From NCBI GenBank assembly GCA_014905635.1, contig JABVCE010000015.1:186001-250000 (forward strand): a stretch of DNA of 64,000 bases, given 5' to 3'. Origin of the DNA: Scenedesmus sp. PABB004. Taxonomy: Eukaryota. Positions 1 to 14,834 of this stretch are shown in pieces. A model generated the notes under the pieces. The model was not told the origin of the DNA and searched no databases. It saw only the letters and a program-made list of their open reading frames with translations. Numbering within the stretch: the first letter of the stretch is position 1; each line of letters begins with the position of its first letter. The position numbers and the translations under genes are program-made.

Positions 1-1331
1 AGCACAGGCCAGCTGAGGTCAGGGAGCGCGCAGAGCTGGACCAGCGCAGCGAACGCCCCCTCCAGCAGCTCAGGCCGGGGCGCGGCTGTCGGGTTGGACT
101 CCAGCAGCTGGCCAAGAGCGGTCGACGCGCAGCTGGACACGGTCAGCATCTTCTCGGCCGACCCATCCATGCCGGCGCGTGCAAAGCAGGCGCGGTCGAG
201 CCCCAGCAGCTCCAGCAGCCCCAGCGGCGCCTGCGCGGGGCCGTCGCCGCGCAGGGCCGCCGCCGCGCCGCGCGCGGCGCGCACGCCGCGGGCGCCAGAG
301 TCGGCGGCGGAGGCCGCGGCCGCGCCGGCGGCGGACGCCGCCAGCACGCCCAAGATCAGCCACTGCACGTCGGCATCAGCGCTCGCCTGCTGCACCGCCG
401 TCCAGAGCGCGCCGTCGCCTGAGCTGTCGGCCTCATTGAAGGCCGAGACCAGGGCCCAGAGGATGGACCTGCCGCCCACGGGCAACAGCAGGCGCGACAG
501 CTCCGCTGTGATGCTGCAGTCCTCGTCACTCCCGTGCGGGCGCCAGGCCGCACCGCCGCCGCTGCCGCTGCGATCGCCGCTGCTGCCGCTGCCGCTGCCG
601 CTGCCGCTGCCGCTGCCGCTGCCGCTGCCGCGGGCGGTGCCCGCCGCCGGCGATGCGCGCGCGCGCATCGCGGCCATGAGTCGCGCCAGCTGCCGGACTG
701 CCCCCACCGCAGCAAGGTCGTGCTCGGTGCCCAGGCGAACCCGCAGCACGCCGCCGGCGGCCGTCAGCAGGTTGCTCGGGACGCAGCCGCACTGCAGGCG
801 GGCACGCGCGGCGGGCAGCTCCTCCGCAGCGCGAGCGGCGGCGGCGCCGAGCGCCTTCAGCAGCCCTGCGGGCCGTGCGCAGGGCCGCAGCGCGGCGTCA
901 GAGCACGCGCACGGCGTCCCCCGGGCCCCCGGCGCGCGCGGGCAGCTCGGCCGCGCACCGAGCTCCTGCAGCAGCTGCCGCAGCGCGCCCGCGCCCTCGT
1001 CTGAGGCCGCCGGCATGAGGTTAGCAAGGCCACCCAGTACCATCAGCAGCGCGCCCTGTTGCTCCTCCGGCAGTTGCAGCACGCCGGGCGCAGCCGAGGC
1101 GAGCTGCAGGCCGCGCGCGGCGGCGCGCGCGTACAGCGGCAGCAGCGCGCGCACTGCCGCTGCGCGCCGGCCCCCGACCTCGCCACCGCGCAGGCTGATG
1201 TTGACGTGGTGGATTGCGCCGAGCCCGCCGCGGCCCGAGGGGCACCAAAGCTCCGCCGCGCTGCGCGCCTCCGTCAGGCGCGCCAGCAGCTGCGCCGCAT
1301 CGCGCCGGTCGTCGGCGGTGACTCGAGGCAT
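1..1331 (-). CDS. 5' part of a chlorophyte MYND-family protein, paralog of the gene at 32363-35335; runs off the window start
   Basis: ATG at 1331 gives MPRVTADDRRDAAQLLARLTEARSAAELW...VRALLPLYARAAARGLQLASAAP. The nucleotide sequence is colinear with about 33990-35335, including the GS-linker repeat. The MYND finger itself would lie outside the window. Confidence 0.7.
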   Translation of the reverse strand, partial: MPRVTADDRRDAAQLLARLTEARSAAELWCPSGRGGLGAIHHVNISLRGGEVGGRRAAAVRALLPLYARAAARGLQLASAAPGVLQLPEEQQGALLMVLGGLANLMPAASDEGAGALRQLLQELGARPSCPRAPGARGTPCACSDAALRPCARPAGLLKALGAAAARAAEELPAARARLQCGCVPSNLLTAAGGVLRVRLGTEHDLAAVGAVRQLARLMAAMRARASPAAGTARGSGSGSGSGSGSGSGSSGDRSGSGGGAAWRPHGSDEDCSITAELSRLLLPVGGRSILWALVSAFNEADSSGDGALWTAVQQASADADVQWLILGVLAASAAGAAAASAADSGARGVRAARGAAAALRGDGPAQAPLGLLELLGLDRACFARAGMDGSAEKMLTVSSCASTALGQLLESNPTAAPRPELLEGAFAALVQLCALPDLSWPV

Positions 1332-1342
1332 GCCGCTAGCCG

Positions 1343-1706
1343 CCGCTAGGCGCGCTCGCCACCCCGCGCCGCCTGTGGTGCAGGGGGGTGCAGCATAGCA
1401 CAGCAGATGCAGGGCCGTGAGTGGCAGGGTCACGGCGCGGGGCGGCGAGCGCTGGCTGGCCGCGCGCCAGCGCGCAGCAGCGGCGCCCGCGCGCTCGCCC
1501 TCCGCCCGCCGGCCGCAACCGCGCCGCCACCACCCAGCGGCGCCAGGGGCGCTGCAACTCTGGACCACGCACCCGGTCAGGCGCTGCCCTAGGCACGCCG
1601 GTCAGCGGGCGGGGCGGCGCAGAGTAGCTGCAGCGACCGGCGCGCGGCGGCGCGCTGCGGCCGCAGGCGGCCGCCGGGCGGGCGCCGGCGCGGCCTGACG
1701 ATCGAC
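1343..1706. repeat. Dispersed upstream element, copy A (left part)
   Basis: Matches 35345-35695 and 26893-27090. Shared blocks include CCGCCTG(T/C)GGTGCA..GGGGTG, GGGC(C/G)GTGAG(T/C)GGC, GCAGCAGCGGCG and GCGCGG(C/G)CTGA(C/G)GATCG. Confidence 0.75.
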
Positions 1707-1736
1707 AGAGCAGACGGCCACTGGCGGCTGGGCCAG

Positions 1737-2785
1737 GTGCGACCGGCGCTCGCGGCAGCGGCGCCGCGCCTGCACGCCCACCTGCAGCAGCTGCTGCTGG
1801 GCGAGCAGCTGGCCGGCGGCGGCCGGACGCTGGACAACTGCGGCGCGCACCTCGCGCTGCTGGCGCGCGTCGCGGCGGTCTCGCCGGCAGCGCTCCTGCC
1901 GCACCTCGCCGGCGACGCGGCGGCTGCCGGCAGCTGGCTGGCGCTGCTGGCGCGCGCGTGCTCCGCGCAGCCGGCCCTGCCCGGCAGCCGGGGCAGCTTC
2001 TCGCTGTTGTTGGACAGCAGCTGCCAGCTGCTGCACGCGCTGAGCGCCGCGCCAGCGTTCACCGCGGCGCTCGCGGCCAGCCCTGGTGCGCGGCTGCAGC
2101 ATGTCGAGCTGCTCCACCGCGTGCTGCAGAGGTGAGGGGGAGGGGAGGGCGGGCGGCGCTGCTGCCGGCGGCGCGCAGCCCGCCGCTCACGCGCAGCCGC
2201 GCTGCCCGCAGGCCCTGCTGCAGGGAGACGGACGAGCGGAGCGTGCTGCGCTGGGTGCACGCCGCGCACGCGGCCAGCCTGCCGGTGCTGTGGCAGCCGG
2301 ACGCGCCCGCGCTGACGGCCGAGCTGGCGGTTGCGCACGAGCAGCAGCTGGCGGCGATGGTCGTGGCGGCGGCCTCCACGTTTTGCAGTGGCTGCGCCAA
2401 CAACAGCAGCGGGCAGGGCCGGCTCCTGCAGCAGCTCGACGGAGCGGCGGTCCAGCTGCTGGCGGCGGCACTGCTTCCGCCGCCGCAGCCGCTGAGGCCC
2501 AGGCCGCCCACGCGCGTCGACGGCGGCGCCCGGGTCCATTTCGGCCGGCGCGCCGCGCTGCTCGCCGCCGGCCGGCGGCTCCGCCGTGGCTCGCCCGCGG
2601 CTCAGGCAGCTCGCCCAGCGCGTCTCTCGGCCAGGCGTGGCGCGGGGGGCGCCGCGTGGTGGCTGCGGGCGCGCGCTGGTTGGCGCTGGTCGCCGCGCCG
2701 CAGCGAGAGGGGCGCGGGCGAGCCGCTGCTCAGCGGCGCTGGCGAGAGGTGTGGTGAGACGTGCTGGTGCGCACCTGTGTGGTGA
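1737..2785 (+). pseudogene. Ala/Leu-rich gene fragment with no clear ATG, lying between the two parts of repeat copy A
   Basis: Two coding-like segments (LHAHLQQLLLGEQL...VELLHRVLQ and SVLRWVHAAHAASLPVLW...LLQQLDGAAVQLLAAALL) are joined by a GTGAG...CAG intron at about 2132-2210. The 3' end degenerates. Confidence 0.4.
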
Positions 2786-2804
2786 GACGTGCTGGTGCGC
2801 ACCT
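2749..2804. repeat. Perfect tandem duplication of a 28-bp unit
   Basis: GTGTGGTGAGACGTGCTGGTGCGCACCT occurs twice in tandem. Confidence 0.85.
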
Positions 2805-2929
2805 ATGCCAGCGCCGGTCCCGGGGCGGCCGCCTGCCACTGCCGCGCGGGAGCGTGCGCCCCGGGTTGGGCCCGGCAGCGGCAGCGGCAGGCGCGCCCGC
2901 GGCGCACTGCGGCTGGGCGCTGCGGTCGA

Positions 2930-3165
2930 CCGGTCGGGGCTGGGCGAGGCGCGCGTGGCGTGGGCGCGTGGGCGCGTGGCCGCGGGCGCGCGGGCGCCGC
3001 TGCTGCTGCTTCTGCTGCGCCGAGGCGGACGGCGCGGGCGTCGCCGCGGCGCAGCGCGCTGGCCGTGAGCAGCAGTGGGGGCATGATCCGGGCGCGGCCT
3101 GACAAACCATCATGCTGGCGGCAGGCGCGCGGGCGGGGGCGCCAGGAACCGCCGCCGGCAAAACC
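2930..3165. repeat. Dispersed upstream element, copy A (right part)
   Basis: Matches 35720-35930, 27105-27300 and 32070-32170. Shared blocks include GGCGGACGGCGCGGGCGTCG, CTGGCCGTGAGCAGCAGTG and GCGCGCGGGCGGGGGCGCCAGGAACCGCCG. Confidence 0.8.
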
Positions 3166-3549
3166 GCACGACTCGCGCGGGGGGCAGCAGCTGCGGCGTT
3201 ACTTCTTCTGCTCGAGCCATGCGGCGACCGAGGCGTGCGGGTGTTTAGATCATTCAGGTGTGCAGATCATTCAGGGCACGTGACAGAGTGCATGAAACAC
3301 CGCGTCCGATGTCGGTCACCGACGCGCGGTGCAATGCATTGCAATGCATATGGCGCGCGGCGCGCGCGTGGGAGCACCCGAGCCGCAATCAAAACTGTCG
3401 ATGATCACGCCGCAAACCAATCCGCGCCCGCACGTCTTGCACGCGGCAAGACCCCAGCACCGCCCCAGCTCGAGCGCCACGACGCCGCGGCGCGCTGGCG
3501 ACGCCCGGGTGCGGTCAATGGCGCCATGACTGACCAGGCGACTGACTGC

Positions 3550-5577
3550 TCAGCAGCCGTAGACCTGGCCCTTGAAGTCAACACCGAGCGCGGCGCAGAT
3601 GGCGGCGACCTCGTTGACCAGCGCCGGCAGCGCGGCGCGCGGCTTGGGCGACGAGAGCAGCGCGGGGACGCGGCCGGCGGGGCCGCTGACGTCCTTGCCT
3701 AGCGCCGCCGCGGCCCTGGCGAGCAGCGGCCGCGCCACGCGCCACGCCGCGGCCGCGCCGGCCTGGTGCGCGGTGGTCTTGCAGGGCGCGTAGCACGCCG
3801 CGCCGGCGCCGGCGCCGGGCAGGCCCGCGCCGGCCTTGGCGCGCTTGGCCGAGACCATCATCGCCTGGGCAAACTGGATGATGAACTGCCGGTCCAGGGC
3901 GAGGCGGCCGGCCTGGACCTTGGCCGCGCGCGCGGCCGGGTCCGCCTCTGCGGGCGGCGGCGGCGCTGGTCAGCGGCGCTGGTCGGCGGCGCTCGTCGGC
4001 GGCGCTCATCGGCGTCGCTGCCCCCTTCGGGCAGGCCTGGCAGGGTTTGGGGGCGCACCCGCGATGGCGGGGCCGAGCGCGACGAAGGCCTCGCGCACAG
4101 CGATGTTGGACGGCGCGGTCGCGCGACCGGTCTTGGGGTCGTTGACCTGCGGGCACACACGCGGGGAAGGGAGGGGGAGGGGGTGGGGGGTGCCAGCTCA
4201 GCGAGCGCGCGCGGGCACGCTGCTGCCTGGCGCGTGCGGGGTGCTGCGCCGGCACCAGCCCCTGAGGGCGGCCCTCCGCGCCGCCGCGAGGGCGGCCCGC
4301 CGCGCCGCGCCGCGCCGCGCCGCGCGGGCGCGCCTTCTTGATGCACGCGGCCTTTGTGTTGGACTCAATCCAGTTCCAGTAGTTGGAGCGCCGGTCAACA
4401 GGCGACCCGAGCACGGCCGCGCCGTGGCTCGCCTCGTCTGCGCACGCAGCGCGCGGGAGCGCGCGCCGCCGCCGCGCGACGCGTGAGCGAGCGGTCGGTC
4501 GGTCAACGCGTCGGTCAACGGCTGCGGTCAAAGCAGCGACGCGCACCCGCGACGTTGATGACGATGCCGCCGTCCACCTCGTGGTGCGCGTACGCGGCCT
4601 GCCACATGCGCAGGTACGTGTGCAGCGCCGCGTCGCGCTCGCCGCAGCACAGCGCCGGGCCGCTGCCGTTGATCAGCGGCCTGCGGACGTCCGCGGCGGG
4701 CGGCGGGCGGGCGGTGTCGGCGGCGCGGGGGCGCGCTGGCCGGCAGCGAGACGCCCACCCCCCACCCCCAGCTGGGCGTCTCTTCCGAAGGGAGAGCTCT
4801 CTCTTCGAGAGAGGCCTCTCGAGAGGCCCCTCACGTGAAGATGTCGAGCATGTAGAAGGGGTTGCCTGCATCAGACGAAAACACGCCCCACCAGGAGTCG
4901 GGGCCCTCGGACGAGAGGTTGCGCGACAGGAAGTCGCCCATCTTGCGCATCACCGGCGGCACCGCCTGCGCGCGCGGGCGCGGGCGACGACGGCGGGCCG
5001 CGCGGGGGCCGCGGCGCGGCGACGGTGAGGGCCGCTCGGGGGTGCCGGCAGGGGCGCCGGCGCGGGGCGGCGAGGCGCGGCGCGCGACGCGGCGCGGCGC
5101 GGCGCACCGTGGCGTCCCTAAAATTGTTCTTGCCGGCGTAGAAGATGCTTGCCGCCGCCGACACGTCGCCGGCCAGCAGCAGCTCCTGGGCGGCGGCGGC
5201 GGCGTGCGCGCGCGCGCGTTCGGGGCACGAGCTGGCCGCGGCACAGCGCGCACACGCGCAAATACAGCCGCCCCGGCTGCCGCACCCGCATGTCCTCGAT
5301 GTCGGCGGTGTAATTCCAGTAGTTGTAGAGCGCCTCGGGCAGCTCGAGGCCGTAAAAGGTGTTCGGGCCCTCAATGAGCTTCGAGTGCGCCAGCGGTGCC
5401 AGCACGGCGAGCACGGCGAGCGCGAGCGCGAGGCCCGGGGCGGCGACGCGGGAGGCCTGCGGCGTGGGGTTGAAGGGCACGGCGGCGTCACAGGGCGGTC
5501 ACAGGGCGGCCGACAGGGGGCGCGGCGACGGCTGGGCGCGGCGGCGGGCTCGCGCGCGCCCACCCGGCGCGCACCAT
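3550..5577 (-). CDS. FEA1/FEA2-like (H43) secreted low-iron-inducible iron-assimilation protein, multi-exon
   Basis: Signal peptide (GLALALAVLAVLAPLAHS). FYGLELPEALYNYWNYTADIEDMR-ELLLAGDVSAAASIFYAGKNNF and YAHHEVD resemble recalled Chlamydomonas FEA1 motifs (DxxDxxxxxxAGxxxxAxSIxxxGKN; YHLHEVD). Ends GVDFKGQVYGC* at 3550. Confidence 0.7.
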
Positions 5578-6014
5578 CGTCGAGGGAGGGCGGGGCGCGG
5601 CGACGGACCGAGCGACAATCCAATTTAGGTGGTGGAGAGCGGCCCCGGGAGGGCGCGCCTTAAATGCGGCCGGCACGCGGGCGCGTGCCGGGCTCACGGT
5701 CGTCGCCCACGCGCCCCCGGCGCGCGCTTGGCGAGCGCTTGGCGCGCGCCGGCACGCTCCCAGCGTACGCAGCTGGCCGTTTGCACGCTCGCCGCACGCG
5801 CCGCGCACGCCCTCCCGGGCGCGTGGCCGCGGCAGCCATCGATCGCCCGCCGCCCGCGCGCGCAGGCCGTCCCAGCGCCCGCGCCGTGAATCTGTCCGCT
5901 GCATCAGTGCGTCTTCTTTGCAAATTGAATTGCCGCCGCGGCATTGCTGGGCGTCACCCGCGGCCGCCGCTGCCGACGTCACCCGTGGCCGCCGCTGCCG
6001 TCCGTCGCGCAGGC

Positions 6015-7238
6015 ATGGCGCGTCGCGGCCTCAGCGCCGCAGCCCTCCTCGCGGCAGCCCTGGTGCTGCTCCTCCCTGCCACCGCGACCGCCTTCCCGAG
6101 CCTGTGGACCAGTAGGTACGCGCCCGGCTGCACGGTCGCGCACCCCGACGCCGCGCTCGGCGACCACGGCTTTGCGCCCGGCCCCGACAACGGCACCACC
6201 TTCACACTGCTGGGACCGGGAGGGGCGCTGCCGCCGGGCGGCGTCGCCGTCTGCCCGGGCACGCGGTACGAGCTGCGCGTCGCGTTTGCCGGCCGCTCGC
6301 CGCGGCACTACCTGCTCACTGCCAGCCGCGGCGACTTTGGCACGCGGCGGTGCAGCCCCGAGTGGTGCGACCGCCCGGCGCGCGCGTGCAGCGGCGGCGG
6401 CGGCGCCTCGACGGCGCGGTGCGCGCCTGTGAGGGCGCGCGCGCACCGCCGTACGGCGACGCGTCGACGTCCCCGCCTGCCCGCGTGCCGCGGCGCCCAC
6501 GCAGCCCCAACCGCGTGTGCCCCGCCTCCTCCACCACGCTGGCGATGCTCAACCTGACCATGCCGTGCGGCGACGGTCAGCCATGCGCGGGGCCCAGCAA
6601 TGGCGCCTGCCACCGCGCGCGCCGCGCCCCCGATGGCTGGCCGCCCACGTGCCCACCCCTGGCACGCCGCGTGGCCGCAGGCACCGTGCAGCTGCTCGTG
6701 ACGTCGGCCGAGTCGTCGTCAGCGTCCCTGCGCCAGGCCTCGCTCACGCTGACGCTGGACCCCGCCTGCCCGCCGGCGCCAGCGTGTGCGCGCGCTGCCC
6801 CGCGCCGCCTGCGCGCGCACACCCAGACGCAGCTGCAGCCCGCGCACCCACCCCCTTCCTGAGCGGCCCCGCCCCGCGCGCGCAGGCTCAGCCTCATCCC
6901 CGTCGCCGGCGCCCTCCCCGTCGCCGGCGCCGGTGGCGCTGGCACTGACGCTGACCAGGTCGACCGCCGGGGCGCTGCGGCTGAGCCGGCCGGGCCGCGC
7001 GCTCAACATCACGGCGGCGCTGCGCGGCGCGGGCGGCGCGCCGCAGGCGCGCAGGGCCCTGCGCCTGCGTGCCACGCGGCACGTGGCGTGCAGCCCCGCG
7101 CGCGCGCTGACCGACGGTGCGGGCGCGGCGCTCTTCAGCTGCCTGCCCGCGGCCGCGGGCGCCGGCCGCGTCACCGTGAGCGCTGGCGCCGCGGGCGCTG
7201 GCGTGAGCGCCGCCGTGCGCGTCGTCGTCCGCGACTGA
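6015..7238 (+). CDS. Secreted protein with a reeler-like N-terminal domain, Pro-rich linker and C-terminal Ig-like (Big_1-like) domain
   Basis: MARRGLSAAALLAAALVLLLPATATA signal peptide, then FPSLW..C..HP....H, VCPGTRYELRVAF...HYLLTASRGDFG, PNRVC and VQLLVTSA. The C-terminus has NITAALRGAGGAP...ALTDGAGAALFSC...AGRVTVSA. Domain names come from pattern recognition only. Confidence 0.55.
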
Positions 7239-7490
7239 GCCGCCGCGTGCTGTCACAGCGACTGGAAGCAAGCGCCAACGCCGCACGCAAGCACCCGGAC
7301 AGCCGCCTCAGCCCGCCCGATCAGCTGCCGCGCAACGGCGAGCCTCGCGACCGGCGCCAGCTGTGCCACACCAGCGCAGCGGGGCACGTCACACTCGCGA
7401 TTGGCCGCGCTCTCTCCCGGCGCCGCCGCCGCCGCCAACTCCCCGCCGCCGCGCAACGCCCGGGCGCGCAGGCGCCCCCGCTCGCCGCCG

Positions 7491-11502
<4,012 letters not shown>

Positions 11503-12234
11503 GGCGGCGGGCGGCGCGCGAGCGCCGGCCGCTGCTGCTGTTGCTGCCCGCCCCGCCCGCCGGTCGCGCGCTGGGCCCCGCGGGCGGCGGCTGGCTATTC
11601 AGAAGGGGCGCGAGACGGCGCCGCGACGGGCGCTGCGGGCTGTCGGGCGCGCGGCGCGGCGCAGCGGCGCGAGGTGCGACAGCAGCGGCGGCGGCCAGAC
11701 GCGTGCTGCGAGTGTGCGCTGCGCGTGCGCTGGGCGTGTGAGCTGTGGCAGGCAGAGAGCGGCAGGAGGCAGAGCGACGCTCGGCGATGGTCGCGCTGCG
11801 ACAGGGTTTGCCGCGGGCGGCGCCGCGGTCGTGCTGAGCGCAACCGGTTGCAGTCGCTGCAAGCTCCCACAGCGCCGCAGGCATACGCCGGCGGAGCCCC
11901 GATCATACGAGTGTACACGGCGCCCGCCGCTGCCGGCGGCGGGCGGGCGGCGGCGGGCGCGGAGACCCGCTGCTCTCCACCTTTCGCCGCCGGCGGGTTC
12001 GCCGCGCGGCAAACAGACAGACAGAGTTCAGGCGCTCGGAGCGCGTGCCGCAGGCCCGGCCGCCGCCGCCGCCGCCGCCGGCCCGCCCGCGCCACGCACC
12101 GACCGACAAAAAAACGCGCGCCGCGCGCGCCGCCGGCCCCGCCCTCCCCGTGCCCGCGCGCGCGCACACACTCGGCGCGCGCGTCGCCGCGGGCCCCGCG
12201 CCGTCGCCGCTGCGTGCGTGCTGCTAGCTCAGCC

Positions 12235-13872
12235 TCACTTGTCGAAGAAGCTCGCCAGCGGGCTGGCGGGGCCGCTCTTGACTGCGGCCTTGACCTTCTT
12301 GGTGCCGGGGGCCTTCTTCTTCAGCGCGAGCGCGCCGCCCTTGATGTCAGTCTCATAGCCCGCGCCGTCGACCGACGAGTCCTGCAAGCCGCGGGGGTGC
12401 GAGGGCGCGGCGGCTTGGTTACGCGGCGCGGCGCGGGCAGGCAGGCGCACCGGCCGGGCCCCGCTGCGTGCGCGGCGCGCCGCCGCGGGGGCAGGACGCC
12501 GCGCGCGCCGCGTCCTGCGAGCCGCGCCGCGTCCTGCAAGCCGCGGCGCGTCCCGCGAGCCACGGCGCGCGCCTTGCAGGACGTCTCCTCCATGAACTCG
12601 GCAAAGCCCTCGTCCACCTTGGTCAGCGCGTACGCGCCGCCCGCGATCAGGGCGAGCGAGCCTGGCGGCGCAGCGGGCGGCGCGGGCGCGGGCGCGCGGG
12701 TGAGCGGGGCGGGCGCCGCCGACGCGGGCGCGCGCGGCGGGGGGCCGCGGCGGCAGCGCAGGGGCGGCGCGCGGCGCGGCGCGCACCCGGGAGCGCGATG
12801 GCGCGGGGGTCGAGGTCGTTGCCGCTGGTCTCGGCGACGCGGGGCGCGGCCTTGGCCTTGGGCGCGTCTGCGGTCTTGGGGGCCTGCTTGCTGCGCATGC
12901 CTGCGGGCCGCGGGACGCGCGCGTGCGGGGCGCGTGAGCGAGCGCGGCGGCGCCGCCGCGCGGGCTGCTGCTGGCCCCCGGCCGCGCCGCTGGCCGGCCG
13001 GCCAGCGCGGCTGGCTGCTCCGGCTGCAAGGGCGGCGGCGCTCGCCACCGCCCGCAGCGCTGCCGGGAGCGCCAGGCGGCCCGCCCGGCACTGCTGTCGC
13101 CGCTGCTGCTGCTGCCGCTGCCGCTGCAGTTGTCGCCGCTGTGCCGCCGCCGCCGCTGCTCTGCCGCCCCTGCCGCTGGGCAGGCGTCGAACCGAGCGCG
13201 CGCCGCGGCCCGCCGGGGCGCACCCGGCAGGATGATCTCCCTCTTGGGCGCGGGCGCCGACGGCGCGTCGCTCTGCAGCACCTGCGGCGGGCGCGGCGGC
13301 CGAAGGGCGCGCGTCGGCGCCGCTGCGCGCCGCGCCGCGCAGCGCCCGCCGCTGCGCTGCCACCGCGCCGCCGGCCGCTGCGCGCGGCGAGCTTCGGCTC
13401 CCGGGCTAGCGCCGGGCGCTCCCGGGGCACCGCCGCATCGCCCTGCGAGCGCTGCCCTGCCGCGAGCTGCTCGGCAGCAGCTGATCGCCCCGCCCCCCGC
13501 GCCCTCCGGTCAGGGCGCGCCGCCCGCCCGCGGTGGCGCACCTTCTTGATCTGCGGCTGCTCCAGGATCACGCCCGCGTTGGCGGGGGCCGCCGCGATCA
13601 GCGCCGCGACGCCGGCAGCGAGCAGCGCGCCGGCGGGGCCATCTGCGGGCGCGGGGCGGGCCGCCATTGGCGCGACGGCGCAGATCCCGCGACGGGCCGC
13701 TCAATCGCGACCCGCACGCGCTGCTGCTGCTGCCCCCGCGGGCCGGGCCGGGCCCCCGCGCCCCGGGCCGCGCCGCACCCTGCTTGGCGGCGCAGACGCG
13801 CACGGTGCGCCCGCGCGCGGGCGCAGCCTGCCGCTGGGCGCTGAAGGCGCGGGTGCAGCTGATGCTGGCCAT
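12235..13872 (-). CDS. PETO: Cytochrome b6f-associated thylakoid phosphoprotein PETO, multi-exon
   Basis: Bipartite transit peptide ending in ANA, then GVILEQPQIKKVLQSDAP..APKRE, DPRAIALPGSLALIAGG, KVDEGFAEFMEETSCKDSSVDGAGYETDIK and GTKKVKAA. These match the recalled Chlamydomonas PETO layout. Confidence 0.8.
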
Positions 13873-14834
13873 GGTGATGGCTCTCCGGGGAGCAGCAGCA
13901 CTGCCGGGCGCGGTGGAGCTGGCGCGGCTGCGAAGGTGGGAGGTGGCCGGTGCGCCCGACGCGCGGTCAATGCGCGGCAGCGCGTCCCATGTCATTGCCG
14001 CGGCGCAAGGGCCAGGGCGCCCCAGCTCCAGGCGATGCCCTTCTGGGCTCCCCGCGCGTCGTCGCGCCGGCGGCTAGCGCGCCGGCGCCGGCGTCGTGAG
14101 CGCGCGCGAGCGCTCGCGCGCGCTCGCGCGGCCCCCTGCGCGCGCGAGCGCGCGCTCGCGCGGCCCCCTGCGCGCGCCGGGGCGGCGGCGGGCCCTGTGG
14201 CGGCCTGAGCCGCGGCTCGGCGGGTCTGCGGAGGCGGTCTGGCCCGCTGCTGCGGGCGCGGGCGCGCGCGAGCTGTGGGAGAGGCGGCCGCGGGCGCCGC
14301 GCCCGCTGCGCGTGCGCCGGCGCGCGCCGCGCGCGCGCGCAGCCCGGGCGCAGGGCAGGTCGCCAGGTCGGGGATGCACCAGCGGCCTGTAGACCTGGCG
14401 TTGGAGGGCTGCGCGGACGTTGCGACAGCCGAACCGCCGCGTCCGCCCGGCCGCCCGCAGCGCGCACCTCCCCGCGGAATGCCGCGGCCGCCGATGCACA
14501 GCCCGCCCGCCCGCCCCGCCACGCGTCTACCCTGCGCACCCAACCAGGCGAGGTGAGCGGCCGCGCGCGCTAACGCTGCGCCGAGCGCGGCCGCGCCGAC
14601 GCTGCTGGCAGCGGCCCGCTCGCCGGAACGCCGCCGCCGCGGGCCGCCTGGACCGTGCCGTGCCCCCGCGCGCTCCGCACGCGTCGCGTGAAGGCCGTGG
14701 GGCCGCCGCGCCGAGGCGCCCGCCTGCTGCCGCTGCTGCCGCTGCTGCTGCTGCGTGTGCTGCCCGCGCGCCGACGCTCGCCGCCGCCGCCGCCCGCCCC
14801 GCGCCGCCCGGCGCTGCGCCGGCCAGGCCAGGCG

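Noticed and set aside
14095..14178. Short direct and palindromic CG-rich repeats upstream of PETO
   Set aside because: Low-complexity CG sequence that cannot be distinguished from background slippage.
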